Part shown: positions 62,513 to 64,000 of the stretch, in pieces
How the letters are laid out: the number at the start of each line of letters is the position of its first letter
Numbering within the stretch: the stretch's first letter is position 1
From: Thermoanaerobaculia bacterium
Lineage (GTDB): Bacteria; Acidobacteriota; Thermoanaerobaculia; UBA5066
DNA length: 64,000 nucleotides
Assembly: GCA_963719225.1 (NCBI GenBank)
Contig: CAVRAY010000001.1
Location: 2,432,001 to 2,496,000, forward strand
Direction: 5' to 3'
Program-made: the position numbers and the translations under genes
Notes under the pieces: model-generated
Seen by the model: only the letters and a program-made list of their open reading frames with translations
Databases searched by the model: none
What the model was told of the DNA's origin: nothing

Positions 62513-63154
62513 ATGAATCTCACCGAGATGTTCAAGGGAAAAGACGACACGAGCGGAAGCGCTCCACGAAAGGCGACGGACCTGCTGAAAGAGGATCACC
62601 AGAAGGTCAAGGGTCTCTTCAAGGAGTTCCGTGGACTCGAGGAGGACGAGGACCAGGAGAAAGGCCGCCTTTTCGAGGAAATCCGCAGGGAGCTGACGAT
62701 TCACGCGAAGGTCGAGGAGGAAATCTTCTATCCCGCCGTCAAGAAGATTCCCGAAGCCGAGGCCAGGCGTCTCGTGCTCGAAGCCGGCGAGGAGCACGCG
62801 ATCGTGAAGACGCTTCTCGGACAGCTGGAAAGTCTCGATCCCGGCGACGAGGTCTTCGACGCGAAGATGAAGGTCCTGATGGAGGGCGTCGAGCACCACG
62901 CGGACGAGGAAGAATCCGACATGTTCCCCGAGGCCCGGAAGGGTCTCGACGATGACGAGCTCCTCGAGCTCGGCAGGCGGATCGAATCGCGGAAGAACGC
63001 GCTCCTCGGGAGCGAGACACGCCCGGCACGCGAGTCCCGGCGTTCCGCGGCCTCGGCTCCGAGGCGTCCGAACCCCGCTCGCCCCGCGGTGAAGGCCGCG
63101 TCCGCGAGAAAGAGCTCCGCGGGCAGCGCGCGCCGGCGGTCTCGTAAAAGCTGA
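62513..63154 (+). CDS. hemerythrin/HHE domain protein with basic tail
   Basis: Motifs LKEDH, HAKVEEEIFYP, EEH and HHADEEESDMFP. Confidence 0.9.
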   Translation: MNLTEMFKGKDDTSGSAPRKATDLLKEDHQKVKGLFKEFRGLEEDEDQEKGRLFEEIRRELTIHAKVEEEIFYPAVKKIPEAEARRLVLEAGEEHAIVKTLLGQLESLDPGDEVFDAKMKVLMEGVEHHADEEESDMFPEARKGLDDDELLELGRRIESRKNALLGSETRPARESRRSAASAPRRPNPARPAVKAASARKSSAGSARRRSRKS

Positions 63155-63218
63155 CATGAGCCCGTTCCACGATCTCGGCCCGCGTTCTGATCCGAGCTGA
63201 TCGGGCCAAGCTGATCGC

Positions 63219-63263
63219 AGCCTCGCGCGCCTTCCCGCCGGCCGGGAGCGCGCGAGGCTTTTT
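63219..63263 (+). terminator. Rho-independent terminator
   Basis: Stem AGCCTCGCGCGC/GCGCGCGAGGCT followed by a T run, between convergent genes. Confidence 0.75.
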
Positions 63264-63282
63264 CATTCGAACGGAGACTTCT

Positions 63283-64000
63283 TCAGCCAGACGGAGACTT
63301 TGCGTGGACGAGCTCGGGCTCGCGGACCGGGGGGCGCGAGATCTCCTGGGCGGGCGCCGGCCGCCGGATTCCGGACGGAGGATGCGGGAGCCGAACGGGA
63401 TGCCCCGTTTCCGCCGAGCGGGCGATGGCCTGGATGATGCGTACGTCGGCCAGGCCTTCGGTGCCCGAGGGTTCAGGATCGCGACCATTCAGGACGCAGT
63501 CGGCGAAGTAGACGATCTCGGGGCCGAACTGGTCGCGCTTCGGGAACTTCTTCTTCGTCGTCTTGTCCCCGATGCGGAGCCGATGCGAGATCCCTTCGGC
63601 GTACTCGTAGGCGGGCTCCACTTCCAGCGAGCCCTTCGTCCCGACGACCGTGTAGATGGCCTTGTCGGCCGCGCCGAAGCTGGACGTGAAGCTGGCGAGC
63701 CTCTCGTCGGGGAATCGCAGGACCGCGCTCGTCATCTCGTCGACCTCGCGGAAGCGCGCGTCGCCGCCGTTCGCGCGGAAGGCCACGACTTCGAGGGGCT
63801 CGCTCCGGAAGAGCGCCCTTGCCGCGTTGATGCAGTAGATGCCGATGTCGTAGAGCGTGCCCCCGCCGGCTTTTGCCTGGAGCCGGATGTTCTCCGGGTC
63901 CCGAACCTGCATCGTGAAGATCGAAGAGAAGATCCGCGGATCCCCGAGCTCTCCCGAACGCACGAGGCGCGCGGCCTCGAGGTTCCCCTCCTCGAAGTGG
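63283..64000 (-). CDS. Gfo/Idh/MocA family oxidoreductase, 5'-truncated by the window edge
   Basis: GGGTLYDIGIYCINAAR and EGLADVRII; frame is open to the window end. Confidence 0.88.
   Translation of the reverse strand, partial: HFEEGNLEAARLVRSGELGDPRIFSSIFTMQVRDPENIRLQAKAGGGTLYDIGIYCINAARALFRSEPLEVVAFRANGGDARFREVDEMTSAVLRFPDERLASFTSSFGAADKAIYTVVGTKGSLEVEPAYEYAEGISHRLRIGDKTTKKKFPKRDQFGPEIVYFADCVLNGRDPEPSGTEGLADVRIIQAIARSAETGHPVRLPHPPSGIRRPAPAQEISRPPVREPELVHAKSPSG

Noticed and set aside
63187-63217. Three CTGATC repeats between the hemerythrin gene and the terminator
   Set aside because: Short, irregularly spaced and downstream of convergent genes; no support for a function.

Overview
High-GC bacterial chromosomal window (about 68-70% GC by eye). 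Gene content suggests Acidobacteriota, possibly Thermoanaerobaculia (inference). Bases 1-28.8 kb and 36.3-49.3 kb are mostly housekeeping: icd-like, trmB, pgsA, PMM, alaS, pilT, a Tat-exported PaoABC-like molybdoenzyme operon, ilvE, hrcA-grpE-dnaK-dnaJ-prmA-rsmE, an MglA-like GTPase, an MltD-like enzyme, comM, an M23 peptidase, secA, guaB, rarA and carD. Bases 28.9-36.2 kb are accessory: a VapBC toxin-antitoxin pair, a Memo-family gene fragment, an IS481 element, two secreted proteins sharing a C-terminal domain, and an ECF sigma factor with a Ser/Thr kinase. Bases 49.4-64 kb form a signalling/general-stress cluster: a poly-HAMP hybrid kinase, further kinases, and AI-2E, BON, DUF883 and hemerythrin proteins, with five sigma54-type promoters. 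The most striking unexplained signal is an AT-rich 9-mer, CTTAGAAGG. It has 9 exact copies plus degenerate ones, all exact copies inside genes, on both strands and in four codon registers. It brings rare codons with it, sits in Ser-rich protein insertions, and twice forms inverted pairs with the same 132-bp offset. It is a candidate DNA-uptake or chromosome-organising sequence. Three single-base frameshifts (FAD subunit, grpE, a hybrid kinase) are probably assembly errors.
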